Shown here piece by piece: positions 1-9,585 of a DNA stretch of 45,659 nt. The notes below the pieces were generated by a model. It was given only the letters and a program-made list of their open reading frames with translations. It did no database searches and had not been told where the DNA came from. How positions within the stretch are numbered: position 1 is the first letter of the stretch; each line of letters opens with the position of its first letter. The translations under genes and the position numbers were made by a program. The stretch covers positions 1 through 45,659 of the IMG/VR virus record IMGVR_UViG_3300009285_000019. The stretch is one strand, 5' to 3'. The stretch is from a virus.

Positions 1-68
1 GACACACTATTAGGTGTGCCGACTGGCCAGAGCGTGGATTTCTACATTGCAGGCGCAAAGGTTTTGGA
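1..68. repeat. Terminal direct repeat, identical to 45592..45659. It is either a circular-assembly overlap or terminal redundancy.
   Basis: Read directly: gacacactattaggtgtgccgactggccagagcgtggatttctacattgcaggcgcaaaggttttgga occurs at both ends of the window. Confidence 0.92.
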
Positions 69-597
69 TTACGCCGTTGCACTTGCCGCAATTACGCCTG
101 CAGTCAGCGTCCTGGACGCCACCGCTGCTACTAGTGCTCTAACAGGCGCACTTAGGGTAGCAGGGGGCGCTGGTATTGCGGGAGACTTCTGGGTAGGCGG
201 GAACGCTGTTATCGGCGTTGCTAACAAACAGATGAAGGTGCAAAACCCCACTAACGCTGGAGTACAGCATGTTGGTGGATTGGGAGTACTGACTGGTATC
301 CTGGACAATCAGTCGTTCACAATAACCATAGGTATCTGTAATGCGGCTATTGTTATTGTTGGTGATGACCAGGGTCGGGGTGCGGCTTTCTTTGTTTCGT
401 ATCTTTCTGCGACTATAGTAGAGCTTGCAGACCCGTCAGGCATTTGGGCTACTACAGATGTAGATGGTAATCCTGGATGGGCTATCTACAAAGGCGCTTC
501 TACTAACGTGGTCACCATTAAAAACTATAACAACGCTACTCGCCAACTCTACATAAATATTCTGGGTGTGGTCGCATCAGCAACTGCGCCTGCATAG
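1..597 (+). CDS. C-terminal part of the same junction-spanning fibre-like structural protein.
   Basis: The frame is open from base 1 (DTLLGVPTGQSVDFYIAGAK...). The track start at 16 is only a GTG inside the longer circular ORF. Stop at 595..597. Confidence 0.75.
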   Translation, partial: DTLLGVPTGQSVDFYIAGAKVLDYAVALAAITPAVSVLDATAATSALTGALRVAGGAGIAGDFWVGGNAVIGVANKQMKVQNPTNAGVQHVGGLGVLTGILDNQSFTITIGICNAAIVIVGDDQGRGAAFFVSYLSATIVELADPSGIWATTDVDGNPGWAIYKGASTNVVTIKNYNNATRQLYINILGVVASATAPA

Positions 598-665
598 AGG
601 CTCTGGATGCAACTTGTGCAACGCATAAAGCGGAGATATCTCCTAGTTCGCTATAGGAGCAATCA

Positions 666-878
666 ATGACACTTAATGAACTCAAGGCGTTTCTGGCTAC
701 TCTTGAGACTGTTCATGCGCTTACCGCTGAGGGTATTATCGCTCTACGGGAACGAATCGCTAATGTGGATAAGTTCACCTCTACTGCTATAGAGGTCATG
801 AATGCCCAACTAGCGCAGCGAATAGGTGCTGCCCAACTACTCGCTGACAAGCTGCCCGATTTTAGAGCGTTTGCTTAG
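666..878 (+). CDS. Hypothetical small helical protein (70 aa).
   Basis: ORF track. AGGAG lies 6 nt upstream of the ATG. It sits within the + strand structural block. Confidence 0.6.
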   Translation: MTLNELKAFLATLETVHALTAEGIIALRERIANVDKFTSTAIEVMNAQLAQRIGAAQLLADKLPDFRAFA

Positions 879-900
879 GTGGGTTGAAAGGAGTGCAGGC

Positions 901-1140
901 GTGAATCCAGTGATTGATGCCACGGTAGAGTTTGGCGTAGAGCAGGCTAAGAGCCGTGTTAGGAACTCTCCGGAAAACTATATGGTAGCTGATCTTCATA
1001 CTGTACTGCTGGCGCAGATACGGGACTCGCTGCTGGAGCGCAAGACATGGCGACGGCGGGTGGTGATGGCCATACCATGGGCGGGCTTTAGCACGTTCAC
1101 AGGGAGCCTGGTCGTGGCAGTGCTGAAAGCACTGGAATAG
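901..1140 (+). CDS. Hypothetical protein with a C-terminal hydrophobic segment (79 aa from the GTG).
   Basis: Same frame as track ORF 826..1140. GTG at 901 is preceded by AAAGGAG with a 7-nt spacer, which avoids the 53-nt overlap with 666..878. The C-terminus IPWAGFSTFTGSLVVAVL is hydrophobic. Confidence 0.4.
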   Translation: MNPVIDATVEFGVEQAKSRVRNSPENYMVADLHTVLLAQIRDSLLERKTWRRRVVMAIPWAGFSTFTGSLVVAVLKALE

Positions 1141-1223
1141 TAACAAGTAAGGTAACAAGTAAGGTAACAAGTAAGGTAACAAGTAAGGTAACAAGTAAGG
1201 TAACAAGTAAGGTAACAAGTAAG
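1141..1223. repeat. Tandem repeat, 12-mer taacaagtaagg, about 6.9 copies.
   Basis: Read directly. It begins immediately after the TAG stop at 1138..1140, and each unit carries two TAA triplets on the + strand. Confidence 0.95.
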
Positions 1224-1257
1224 ATGGGCTAATATATTAACGTAAAAATCGTGGTGA

Positions 1258-1287
1258 TTGACGGCGAGCAAAACGTTGTAGTATAAT
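1258..1287 (+). promoter_or_regulatory. Sigma70-like promoter: TTGACG, 18-nt spacer, TATAAT.
   Basis: Hexamers at 1258..1263 and 1282..1287, about 30 nt upstream of the ATG at 1318. Confidence 0.5.
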
Positions 1288-1317
1288 GGTGGTGTTGATT
1301 GGTAATGGTGGTGTACG

Positions 1318-1806
1318 ATGGCATACGCAACTGAGGGAGAAGTAGAAGTTCTAGTGGGTGATGTCGTGAACAGTCGCAACTTCACTGATTCTACTGTGCC
1401 TACCACTTCTCAAGTGGCGCTGTTCATTACCCAACGGGATGCTCTATTAGACAACGCTCTTAGTATGGTGGGATATTCCACGCCTGTCACTTTGGCTGCA
1501 GACCCGAACGCTTATAACTTACTTGTCCACGCATCCTCATGTGGTGTGGCATCGGACGTCATGGCGGCCTTTTTCCCCATGATGTCATTCGCTGAGGGTG
1601 GTGAGCCTATAGGCAGGTATGCCCACTTCCGTAGCACGTTTGACGCTGCCGTTAAACTAATTAGATCCGGTGGGTTATCTGCTTCCATTTCAGCGACATC
1701 TAGGATTTTCACAGGATCTCAGGAAAACTCCGACGGCGAGACTAAACAGCCGCTGTTTAAGCGTGGCATCTTTGACTACCCAGGGTCACGCATTCTATCA
1801 GAATGA
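1318..1806 (+). CDS. Hypothetical structural protein. Its position suggests a head-tail adaptor or connector.
   Basis: ORF track. It lies between the fibre-like genes and the tail tube gene. The N-terminus AYATEGEVEVLVG...FTDSTVPT resembles gp6-like adaptors, judged by eye only. Confidence 0.4.
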   Translation: MAYATEGEVEVLVGDVVNSRNFTDSTVPTTSQVALFITQRDALLDNALSMVGYSTPVTLAADPNAYNLLVHASSCGVASDVMAAFFPMMSFAEGGEPIGRYAHFRSTFDAAVKLIRSGGLSASISATSRIFTGSQENSDGETKQPLFKRGIFDYPGSRILSE

Positions 1807-2262
1807 ATGTATCATATGTCATACTCGTCGGTGGAAGCGGCGCTACTCACGGTGATCAGGCTGATGTCTGGCTATACTACTACCAACACATCAGCCGGTG
1901 ACTACAGAATCCTTAACGCATCGTCAGGGAAGTCGGTGATATTGACTCCTGGGGCAGTGGTGGCCCGTGAGGTGGTGGCTGCCCCAAGGAGGATGCGCAC
2001 CGTATGGGGAATAAACATAGAGTTGGCGATCCCATTCCGAGGGGACGTTTCCACCGTAGCCACAGCCGTCCGTACAGATAGGCAAGCTTTAATAGATCAC
2101 GTAGATAAGTATCCTACCCTAAACAGCGCTGCTGGGGTATTAACTGCGCTTATTATAGGGGCAGATGAACCTGGGGAGTGGGAAGGGGTTGGTGGTGGGT
2201 TCTGGATACAACGGATGATAATGCATGCGGAGGAGCGGTCAACCATTACCATAGCCGAGTGA
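1807..2262 (+). CDS. Hypothetical structural protein (151 aa), a connector or tail-completion candidate.
   Basis: ORF track. Its ATG directly abuts the upstream TGA. The call rests on position only. Confidence 0.45.
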   Translation: MYHMSYSSVEAALLTVIRLMSGYTTTNTSAGDYRILNASSGKSVILTPGAVVAREVVAAPRRMRTVWGINIELAIPFRGDVSTVATAVRTDRQALIDHVDKYPTLNSAAGVLTALIIGADEPGEWEGVGGGFWIQRMIMHAEERSTITIAE

Positions 2263-2278
2263 GCAACGAAGCATTACT

Positions 2279-2863
2279 ATGCCAACTGAGTATTTTAACA
2301 TTTTCATGTCAAATAATTTGGATAGCGTCACCGATGTGTTCTCTCGGCCCATTACCCCACGCACCGATGCCGGTATTCGCCGTATACTATCAAGGCTTGG
2401 TAGGAACGTTATTGTCCCTAATATGGTGTCTAATACCCCACGTGCCAGTAACCGCCTGGTAAAGTCTACTAATATGTCTACAATGATGGTGGCAGTCCCG
2501 ATGGGTAGATCTGCTTGGGGATTGGTGATCACACAAAACGCCAGGAATAAGATATCAGGCACCGTTTACCAACCATTCGTATCCAAGGGGCGCAGGCCAG
2601 GACGCAGGCCACCATATCAGGCTCTGGAGTTCTGGGTAGCGCTCCGGTTCGGCCTGCCGTGGCCATCGTGGAGGGCCAAATCTGCTGCCTTCGTGCTGGC
2701 TAGATCCATCGGCATTAGGGGCGTTAGGCCCAACCTCTACTTACAGCGGGTCATTATGGAATCAGCCCACGCCCTAGACGATACGGCGGTAGAAATTGGC
2801 AAGGTAGTAGTAGCCGAGATAAACGCACGGGTGAGACCTGTCACCATACCCAAGGGTGGATAG
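2279..2863 (+). CDS. Hypothetical structural protein (194 aa).
   Basis: ORF track, position in the late operon. Its stop codon lies inside the first unit of the following 10-mer repeat. Confidence 0.5.
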   Translation: MPTEYFNIFMSNNLDSVTDVFSRPITPRTDAGIRRILSRLGRNVIVPNMVSNTPRASNRLVKSTNMSTMMVAVPMGRSAWGLVITQNARNKISGTVYQPFVSKGRRPGRRPPYQALEFWVALRFGLPWPSWRAKSAAFVLARSIGIRGVRPNLYLQRVIMESAHALDDTAVEIGKVVVAEINARVRPVTIPKGG

Positions 2864-2904
2864 TGGTGGATAACGGTGGATAACGGTGGATAACGGTGGG
2901 TAAT
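2855..2904. repeat. Tandem repeat, 10-mer ggtggataac, about 5 copies.
   Basis: Read directly. It overlaps the TAG stop at 2861..2863. Confidence 0.9.
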
Positions 2905-2933
2905 AATTAGTTAGATAACTAGGAGGATCTCCA

Positions 2934-4331
2934 ATGGCACTCACGGCATTCCGCCGGATCCAAATCGGCAAAGAAGCCACTCGTGGCACGGGCGTTGCCG
3001 CTACTAAGAAGCTGGTTGGCACGTTGACCATGACCCCCTCTATAACGATGCATTCCCCTGTGGATGAGCGCAACAGCCTTGCGGAGTTCCGTAGGGATGT
3101 CCCCGTGGCGCAAGGGGCCACGTTACGGTTCACCGGATCGGCTATCTACCAACAACTCGTGGATTTTCTTGGCATGGCACTCAAGGGTAGCGTAGCGCCT
3201 GCCTCGGCTACCCCAACAGGCGCAAAATACGATGATAACGGTATATTCGCCAACATGACCAATGCGTTAGACGATAACGTAGTAACCGAGCATTCATTTG
3301 CGGGTTTTGTTGCTGCTCAAGACAAAGTCTACGTCAGGGCCGCAGCGACATTCAGGGCCGTAAAGTGTACCGTAGGTACAACACCTAACGCTGCTGCGTC
3401 CACTATTTCTGCTGTAGAAGTCTCCGATGGCGCTGGCGGTTGGATAGCAGCAACTCTAGTCAGAGATGGAACCTTAGCCAGCGGCGCTTCTCTCGCCCAA
3501 ACTGGCATTATAGAGTTCACAGTGCCGTCTACTTGGCTCTCTGACACTGTTGACGGTGACGCTGGGTTTTGGGTTCGCTTTACTTGGAGTGGTAACTGGA
3601 CTGCTGGCGCTGACATATCCGAGTTAGATACCGTACCAATCGTCACTGTATGGACATTCACTCCGAACCTCACATCTCGCAATAATCAGGATGCTTATAC
3701 CGTAGAGTATGGTGATGATTCCCAAGAGTTTGAGACCACGTTTGGCTTGGTATCGGCTTTGGAGTTGGCTATTACCTTGGGTGACGTGGTAACATTGAAC
3801 GTTGATATGTTTGCCAGGTTCCCATCCAAATCCACATTCACCGCTGCGCTTTCTGATCCCACCGTCAACGAGATTGTAAGCAATCACCTCAGGGTCTACA
3901 TTGATGGTTCCTGGGCCACCCTCGGTAATACCCAGAAGTCTTCTCTTGTAATGGGCGGTACCGTGCGCATGTCTACCGGAGCGGCTTCGGTGAAGTATGC
4001 CGATGGCAGCTTGGATTTCTCCAACTTTATTGAGCAACGTCGCCACCTTGAGATAGAGTTGGAGATGGCGGTGGGGGCTGATGCCATCACTGAGTATGAT
4101 GCATGGGTAGCCCAAACGTTGCGGGCCATAAGATTGGAATGGACTGGCCCGACGCTGGGCGGTGGTAATTACAAGCTTACCGTAGACGCCATAGGGCGGT
4201 ATACCTCTGGGCCTGAGTTCCTTGCCGATAAGGACGGGCAGAACGTCATGCGGTTCATCTTCCAGACTAGGGAGGACTCATTAGGCAACGAGATGTCGTT
4301 CGTTGTGCAGAACAACGTCGCTGTGTTGTAA
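2934..4331 (+). CDS. Putative major tail (tube) protein with an inserted or extra domain (465 aa).
   Basis: AGGAGG RBS. It lies immediately upstream of the chaperone G/GT pair and the tape measure, the canonical siphovirus gene order. The call is positional. Confidence 0.55.
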   Translation: MALTAFRRIQIGKEATRGTGVAATKKLVGTLTMTPSITMHSPVDERNSLAEFRRDVPVAQGATLRFTGSAIYQQLVDFLGMALKGSVAPASATPTGAKYDDNGIFANMTNALDDNVVTEHSFAGFVAAQDKVYVRAAATFRAVKCTVGTTPNAAASTISAVEVSDGAGGWIAATLVRDGTLASGASLAQTGIIEFTVPSTWLSDTVDGDAGFWVRFTWSGNWTAGADISELDTVPIVTVWTFTPNLTSRNNQDAYTVEYGDDSQEFETTFGLVSALELAITLGDVVTLNVDMFARFPSKSTFTAALSDPTVNEIVSNHLRVYIDGSWATLGNTQKSSLVMGGTVRMSTGAASVKYADGSLDFSNFIEQRRHLEIELEMAVGADAITEYDAWVAQTLRAIRLEWTGPTLGGGNYKLTVDAIGRYTSGPEFLADKDGQNVMRFIFQTREDSLGNEMSFVVQNNVAVL

Positions 4332-4362
4332 ACTAGTATGTATACCTAAGGAGGGTATAGGT

Positions 4363-4776
4363 ATGACACCACCAAATGGGGGGGCGTTCGTAGACGACAG
4401 CGCCGATAAGATAGATATTCCAGCGGGTCTTGGGGGAGGTTGGGTAGAAATCAAACCAGAGATGACTATAGAGGATTGGGAGCGTTTTGAGGCGGAGCAG
4501 TTTAGTATAGACGTTACCGGCGCAAACGTCCCAAGAAACCGCCGTGAGCGCCGTCTTCAACTACGGGCGACTGCCTCAGCTACTGACGCACCACCACCAA
4601 CACAAACTGGCCACTTCAACCCCAGTCTTATCACATTATTGGAGCGTAATATAATCCGATGGTCGTGGGATCGCCCCCTAACCCGTGAGAACATATCCAA
4701 GCTCCGGCGGCCAGTTGCTGACTTATTGGTGGCTGCCGTTGAGGAGCGCAATATCCCTTTACTACCGACGGAGTAG
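4363..4776 (+). CDS. Tail assembly chaperone (gpG-like).
   Basis: AAGGAGG lies 7 nt before the ATG at 4363, so the track start at 4303 is probably too early. The gene sits between the tail tube gene and the tape measure and contains an in-frame CCCUUUA slippery heptamer near its 3' end. Confidence 0.7.
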   Translation: MTPPNGGAFVDDSADKIDIPAGLGGGWVEIKPEMTIEDWERFEAEQFSIDVTGANVPRNRRERRLQLRATASATDAPPPTQTGHFNPSLITLLERNIIRWSWDRPLTRENISKLRRPVADLLVAAVEERNIPLLPTE

Positions 4777-5000
4777 CCGTCCACGAGACCTACTACCAAG
4801 CTTTGCGTGGGTGGAGATCTGCTGGTGCGCAACTTGATGAGGACACCGTTAGGTATATCGTCTGCAAGGCTATGGGGTGGGACTATCATACTTTTCAAAG
4901 ACAGCCCAGGAGTTTTATTCATAGCATCCTTAGCCACTTAATGGCTGAATGGAAGAAGGCAAATGATGATCAGCAAGAAAACCGCAGGACCACAAGATGA
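4363..5000 (+). CDS. Tail assembly chaperone frameshift product (gpGT-like), join(4363..4761,4761..5000).
   Basis: The -1 frame is open from 4743 to the TGA at 4998..5000 and has no ATG of its own (the track used TTG at 4803). The heptamer C_CCT_TTA at 4755..4761 is phased X_XXY_YYZ in the G frame. Confidence 0.6.
4755..4761 (+). other. Slippery heptamer CCCUUUA for -1 programmed ribosomal frameshifting.
   Basis: Codon phasing was checked by hand: the G frame reads atc cct tta, and the -1 frame reads ccc ttt act. Confidence 0.6.
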
Positions 5001-5022
5001 TGGGGATGATGGAGATGACGGC
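4996..5022. repeat. Tandem repeat, 9-mer gatgatggg, 3 imperfect copies.
   Basis: Read directly. It spans the GT stop codon and the gap before the tape measure gene. Confidence 0.7.
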
Positions 5023-5060
5023 ATTGGTGGTGCTATATAACTACTGGCGCTAGCGGTGCG

Positions 5061-6917
5061 ATGGGCAGATCCACAATGCCGCCCATTGGGGCTGCTATAC
5101 TTATTACTGCTCAAGAACGAGCCAGTGAGGTGTTTCGTAAAATTGGGGGTGAGGCCGGTAAACTGTCTGGGCACTTGGTTAAAACCGGCGCTACAGCAGC
5201 CATCGTAGGCACCAACTTTAGTAAGCTCAACTTGGCCCTCACTGGGATAATACCAGCAATAGTTGCCTTGGCTGCAGGTGCTACCGCTGTGAAATGGGCG
5301 CAATTTGAGGCGGCTACTCGCCGTGCTTCATTCGCTATGGCGCTGTCTGGGTTATCGGCCCGTGAGGCTCAAATCCGTATAAACATGGTGAACTCCGCAC
5401 TAACACGGGCATCAGCGGAAGGGTTCTTTAACTTTGGTGGTGCAGTCAGTGGGGCTATTGAGCTTGACCGTGACCTTTTCCAATCTTTGCTAGATATCTC
5501 TGGGGCGTTGGAGGATAAGATTAGAATACCGGCCTCTGAATCGTTTGCTGCTATGGCTGAAGCCATTAAGGGTAACAATGAGCCACTAGACGAACTCCTG
5601 GGGCGCATTGGTGCTGTAGTGGGGCCAGTGACTACTGTGGAAGAGAAATTCGCCGCTATAAAAGGGACGCTTGGCACGTTGAGCGTTACCAGGGTAGACG
5701 CCCTATTAACGGCCTTGGGTAGTCTCAAGGAATCAACCGAAACTACTGTGGGTGAGTTGGGTAACGTCTTCTCTGGGTTTTTTGTGGTCTTCGTTGGTAC
5801 GCTGGCAAGTTTCATTATTAACGTTAAGGACAACCCACAGCTTATACTAGCGTTTGCCACTCTTGGGGCGTTTCTGATAGACAAGGGTGCTATCTTTGGG
5901 AAAGGGTTTGTTGGTGCGCTAGTTGGGGCTGCCATTGCTGGGTTGTCGTTGGACCTTGGCTCTTCAATAAAAGGGGTATTAGAGGACCCAGAAGTACTTC
6001 TAGTTATTGGCATTGCCGCAGGGACACTTGGGCGATATATGGGCAGCAAGTGGCTGGTGCCTGGTATAGTCGCCGCCATCGGGTTTGAGCTTGTTCCTGG
6101 GATATCTACTGCGTTAGGTGACGCTGGGATGTCTGACGTTTTGACTGCTGCAGCTTGGGGGTTAGGAATAATTGTCGGTAAAAAGATCGGTGGCACCAAG
6201 GGGGTTCTCGCTGGGTTAGCCTTAGCTTCTACCCTCACCGATAGTATAAATGTGTTATATAATGGCAATTCTATTAGCGATCCAGCCCTTGAACTCGCTA
6301 TTATAGGCTTAGGGGCCGCCATAGGATTCGTGCTGGGCGGTTGGGTGGGACTGACTATTGGTGCTGCAATGGCAAATGCTCTTATACAAGCCGAAAAGGA
6401 GGGTAATCTACCGTCATGGGTACGATTCTTTATTGATCCTAAATACGATAAAGAGATACGTGATACGTTAAAGGATTGGGCTATGAAGTGGGGTGGTGTC
6501 ATATTAGACGGCATTAAGGACCCACTCAAGACCTTCGGCAAAATATTTAGCGACATATTTTCCAGTGAAGGCGTAGCTGATATTCTACGGCGGGCCAAGG
6601 AGTTTGGCGTTAGTGTTGGCAATATGATATTAGACGGCATTAAGTCAGCACTGGGGTGGTTCCTCAATTTCATCTTCCCCTACTCAAGAACAGCGTCTAC
6701 ATCAGCGGTGCCGGTGCCAGAAATGACCCATGCATCGCTTACTAATGACATAGGTGGTGGCATTGGTAGTAGAATATCAGGAATGCCGCTGGGTGGTACC
6801 ATAGTTGTTCAATTGGTGTTGGATAGATATGTTCTTGGTGAGGCTGTAGTAGACATTATTGATCGCACCGCTCGGTTCAAAGCTGGTCTTACTGAGGCAT
6901 CGGTTGCCACCGCCTGA
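5061..6917 (+). CDS. Tail tape measure protein (618 aa).
   Basis: Largest ORF downstream of the G/GT pair. It has a long Gly/Ala/Ile-rich hydrophobic central region. The call is based on position. Confidence 0.65.
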   Translation: MGRSTMPPIGAAILITAQERASEVFRKIGGEAGKLSGHLVKTGATAAIVGTNFSKLNLALTGIIPAIVALAAGATAVKWAQFEAATRRASFAMALSGLSAREAQIRINMVNSALTRASAEGFFNFGGAVSGAIELDRDLFQSLLDISGALEDKIRIPASESFAAMAEAIKGNNEPLDELLGRIGAVVGPVTTVEEKFAAIKGTLGTLSVTRVDALLTALGSLKESTETTVGELGNVFSGFFVVFVGTLASFIINVKDNPQLILAFATLGAFLIDKGAIFGKGFVGALVGAAIAGLSLDLGSSIKGVLEDPEVLLVIGIAAGTLGRYMGSKWLVPGIVAAIGFELVPGISTALGDAGMSDVLTAAAWGLGIIVGKKIGGTKGVLAGLALASTLTDSINVLYNGNSISDPALELAIIGLGAAIGFVLGGWVGLTIGAAMANALIQAEKEGNLPSWVRFFIDPKYDKEIRDTLKDWAMKWGGVILDGIKDPLKTFGKIFSDIFSSEGVADILRRAKEFGVSVGNMILDGIKSALGWFLNFIFPYSRTASTSAVPVPEMTHASLTNDIGGGIGSRISGMPLGGTIVVQLVLDRYVLGEAVVDIIDRTARFKAGLTEASVATA

Positions 6918-6925
6918 TGGTATAG

Positions 6926-6957
6926 GATGGCGGTGATGGAAGATGGCGGTGATGGTA
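6926..6957. repeat. Tandem repeat, 16-mer gatggcggtgatggwa, 2 copies, with gatgg motifs on both sides.
   Basis: Read directly. It fills the gap between the tape measure stop and the ATG at 6959. Confidence 0.8.
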
Positions 6958-6958
6958 A

Positions 6959-8278
6959 ATGGCGAGCGTTAGACTTAGGATAAACAACATAGATCTCACT
7001 TCTAGCATGCTTCACCCACCATCAAGCTCTTGGCGTGTAGATCGCACCACAGGGCCTGAGATTGGGGTGATGGAGTTTGACATTGATGACCCCAATAGAT
7101 CTATTACCGTAACTGTGGGACATGAGGTCTTGTTTGATGATCCAGATAACGCTGCTACAGTTAGGTATTTTGGTGGGGTAGTGGTGGAAATAGAGACTAT
7201 ACCTATAGGGGTAGGCCGTAGGCACCACGTTACATGTCAGGATTGGATTGTGATCTTAGATAAGTCAACTTTCGCTAAAACGTATATTAGTATGACCGAT
7301 CAGGCTATCATCCAAGATATGTTTACCGCTGGCGTTAGTGGCATTACCGAGGTAGATATTACTAATGTTGGCCTTGGTCGTACCATAGATAGGTTAGACT
7401 TCAAAGGCATCAGCGTCAGATCTGCATTAGATATTATTAGCAGCATCACCGGTTTGATATGGTACATTACCACCTTCAAGAAGTTACACTACGAGACCGA
7501 GGGTACTACTGAATCCGCATATTCGCTATCAGACGATCCAGACGACGCCGCTGCTCTTAGTATATATAATATCACTTGGGTTGTGTCCCTTGGGCAGTAT
7601 AACTCGGTGGAGGTTCGTGGTGCACGTGCTCTTAGCAGCGATACTCAGGAAATCTATTCAGGTGATGGGTCTACTACCATCTTCACCACGGGCGCTGCTC
7701 AACAGGCCAACCGCCACGCCATCCAGCAGGCACCATCTACTAGCAGTAGGGTAGAAGTAGACGTCAATACCAACACCGACGGATCACCATTTTGGGACCA
7801 TCAGGACGTGGGGTTAGAGGGAAAAGATACACTAGGCGTCTTGGGTATTGATGTGTTGTGGAACCCGTTAACTCGTCAATTGGAGTTTGGCACAGCCCCG
7901 CCCAACTTTACCAATAGTTGGCGTCTCAAGGGCCGGTATTGGTATAACATCGTAGGCATTGCTCCCGACTCTGCGGCCATAGCATCACAGGGTAGGGTGT
8001 ATAGTAAGGTTTTGTTCATACCAGAGGCGATTAGTGAGGATGCTGCCTACGACCTAGCTTTGGCGTTCCTTAGGGAGAACACCAATAAGAAGCGTTTATT
8101 GGCATCGTTTGACCATGATGGTATAAATGTTGGTGAGTCGGTGATGGTAACATGTACAGCGTTTGGCCTCAGCAACCAACTAATGAAGCTTGTGCAGTTG
8201 GTAATGATGCCGCTGGGCGGCGATCATTATACTTACCGTGGGACGCTGGAACAACATGCCCAATACATCAGTGCCTAA
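6959..8278 (+). CDS. Tail tip or distal tail structural protein (439 aa).
   Basis: Sits immediately after the tape measure gene. No enzymatic motif was recognised. Confidence 0.45.
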   Translation: MASVRLRINNIDLTSSMLHPPSSSWRVDRTTGPEIGVMEFDIDDPNRSITVTVGHEVLFDDPDNAATVRYFGGVVVEIETIPIGVGRRHHVTCQDWIVILDKSTFAKTYISMTDQAIIQDMFTAGVSGITEVDITNVGLGRTIDRLDFKGISVRSALDIISSITGLIWYITTFKKLHYETEGTTESAYSLSDDPDDAAALSIYNITWVVSLGQYNSVEVRGARALSSDTQEIYSGDGSTTIFTTGAAQQANRHAIQQAPSTSSRVEVDVNTNTDGSPFWDHQDVGLEGKDTLGVLGIDVLWNPLTRQLEFGTAPPNFTNSWRLKGRYWYNIVGIAPDSAAIASQGRVYSKVLFIPEAISEDAAYDLALAFLRENTNKKRLLASFDHDGINVGESVMVTCTAFGLSNQLMKLVQLVMMPLGGDHYTYRGTLEQHAQYISA

Positions 8279-8326
8279 TGCCCAGTGCCTAATGCCCAGT
8301 GCCTAACGCCCAATGCCTAATGCCTA
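8271..8326. repeat. Tandem repeat, 14-mer gtgcctaatgccca, about 4 copies.
   Basis: Read directly. It contains the TAA stop of 6959..8278 and the ATG at 8320 of the next gene. Confidence 0.9.
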
Positions 8327-9201
8327 ACACATTCGCTCATACACTGGTCCGGCTTAGACAAGCACTCGCATCTCGCCAAGCGGAGTCCGAGGAAGACCCA
8401 GCTATCACCCAGATTAGAGTAGTCAGCCAGTCCACCAAAATTGGTAGTATAGTTATCACCGCTACCGCAATAGGCCCTACGTATTACGCACACCCCAAAT
8501 GGACCATGACCAGCTTGTTATCATGGTGGACGTTGGCTCAATTAGACGGTGCTAGGGATGTACATGGCGGGTATAACGGCACCATCAACGGTAACCCTGC
8601 GTATGCCACCGTGGATGACGTCACTATTGGTCGCACCAGGAGATACATCACTCTTGATGGCGCTGGTGACTACGTAGACGTTGGTAATATGGTGGAGATT
8701 ACCGGCGCTACTGCTGCACTATCGGTAGCTGCTAGGGTGCGGCTCTCATCCCTTACGTCTAGCCCTGCAGTTGTAGGTAGGCTGGATGGTGGTGGTAACT
8801 TCCAGTTCGCCTTAGAGATTACGTCTACAGGTCGTGTGATATTCGGCTTGGCGGGCGCTGCAAGAGCACAAACCGCTGAAGGTATTATAGTCACCGGCAC
8901 TTGGTATACGGTCACAATTGTATTTGACGGTGCTGGCGTTGGTGATGCTGGTAAAGTACAGATTTACATAAATGGCGTAAGCCAGACCTTAGAGTTTCCA
9001 GCTAGTCCTACCACCACTCTTGTCAACAATTCTGCCTTATCGGTGCTAATTGGACGACGCAACACAGGTTCTAACGAGCTAACTGGCGACGTATATGACG
9101 TAGCAATCTGGACCACCAACTTATCCGCTGCACAGGCATTGGCGCACCACCAAGATCTTGTCGGTGATCGTATAATAGCTAGTTTCTTTAAAGCTTCATG
9201 A
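8320..9201 (+). CDS. Tail protein with a LamG / concanavalin-A-like lectin domain, a receptor-binding candidate.
   Basis: The sequence LDGAGDYVDVGN...SVAARVRLSSL...FALEITSTGRVIFGLAG...GTWYTVTIVFDG...VQIYINGV...LVIGRR...LTGDVYDVAIW matches the Laminin_G_3 pattern by eye. ATG at 8320 is chosen over the GTG at 8299, which lies inside the repeat. Confidence 0.55.
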   Translation: MPNTFAHTLVRLRQALASRQAESEEDPAITQIRVVSQSTKIGSIVITATAIGPTYYAHPKWTMTSLLSWWTLAQLDGARDVHGGYNGTINGNPAYATVDDVTIGRTRRYITLDGAGDYVDVGNMVEITGATAALSVAARVRLSSLTSSPAVVGRLDGGGNFQFALEITSTGRVIFGLAGAARAQTAEGIIVTGTWYTVTIVFDGAGVGDAGKVQIYINGVSQTLEFPASPTTTLVNNSALSVLIGRRNTGSNELTGDVYDVAIWTTNLSAAQALAHHQDLVGDRIIASFFKAS

Positions 9202-9227
9202 TAAGCGTTGGTTAATGGGAGTGTATA

Positions 9228-9584
9228 ATGGCAGCACGGGTAATTAACGAGGGGTTAGCGAGAGCCGCCCAGGTTGTTTTAGACGATATTACTCATGCGG
9301 CGGTAGGCACCGTTTCCACTACCCCGACACAAGCTGATGTACAACTCGGTACAGAGACTAACCGTGCATCTGTTACTAAGGTGCTGCGTAGTGGCAGCAT
9401 TATACAAATCCGCACAATGTTCACAAACGCCAACCTACCTGCGACACTTGAGGAGGCTGGTTGGTTCATGAACGCCACAGGCGCAGCGAACTCAGGGGAT
9501 ATGTTGGTAAGGTCTACTCAGCAATTTGTGAAAGGCACCGCCGATCTGTTGCTCATCCTTGAGGTCCGGGTATTGGAGGGCTAA
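9228..9584 (+). CDS. Hypothetical tail-associated protein (118 aa).
   Basis: ORF track, GGGAG RBS, position in the tail module. Confidence 0.55.
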   Translation: MAARVINEGLARAAQVVLDDITHAAVGTVSTTPTQADVQLGTETNRASVTKVLRSGSIIQIRTMFTNANLPATLEEAGWFMNATGAANSGDMLVRSTQQFVKGTADLLLILEVRVLEG

Positions 9585-9585
9585 T

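Noticed and set aside
862-1406. Track ORFs 862..1218 (-) and 996..1406 (-), with LPYLLPYLL... and LTCYLTCY... repeats.
   Set aside because: They are translations of the 12-mer tandem repeat on the strand opposite the + strand late operon.
5369-6673. A 434-aa ORF antisense to the tape measure gene.
   Set aside because: It lies entirely within the tape measure gene on the opposite strand and has a low-complexity Pro/Ser/Ala composition, as expected for the antisense of a Gly/Ala-rich gene. It has no RBS and would be the only leftward gene in the late block.
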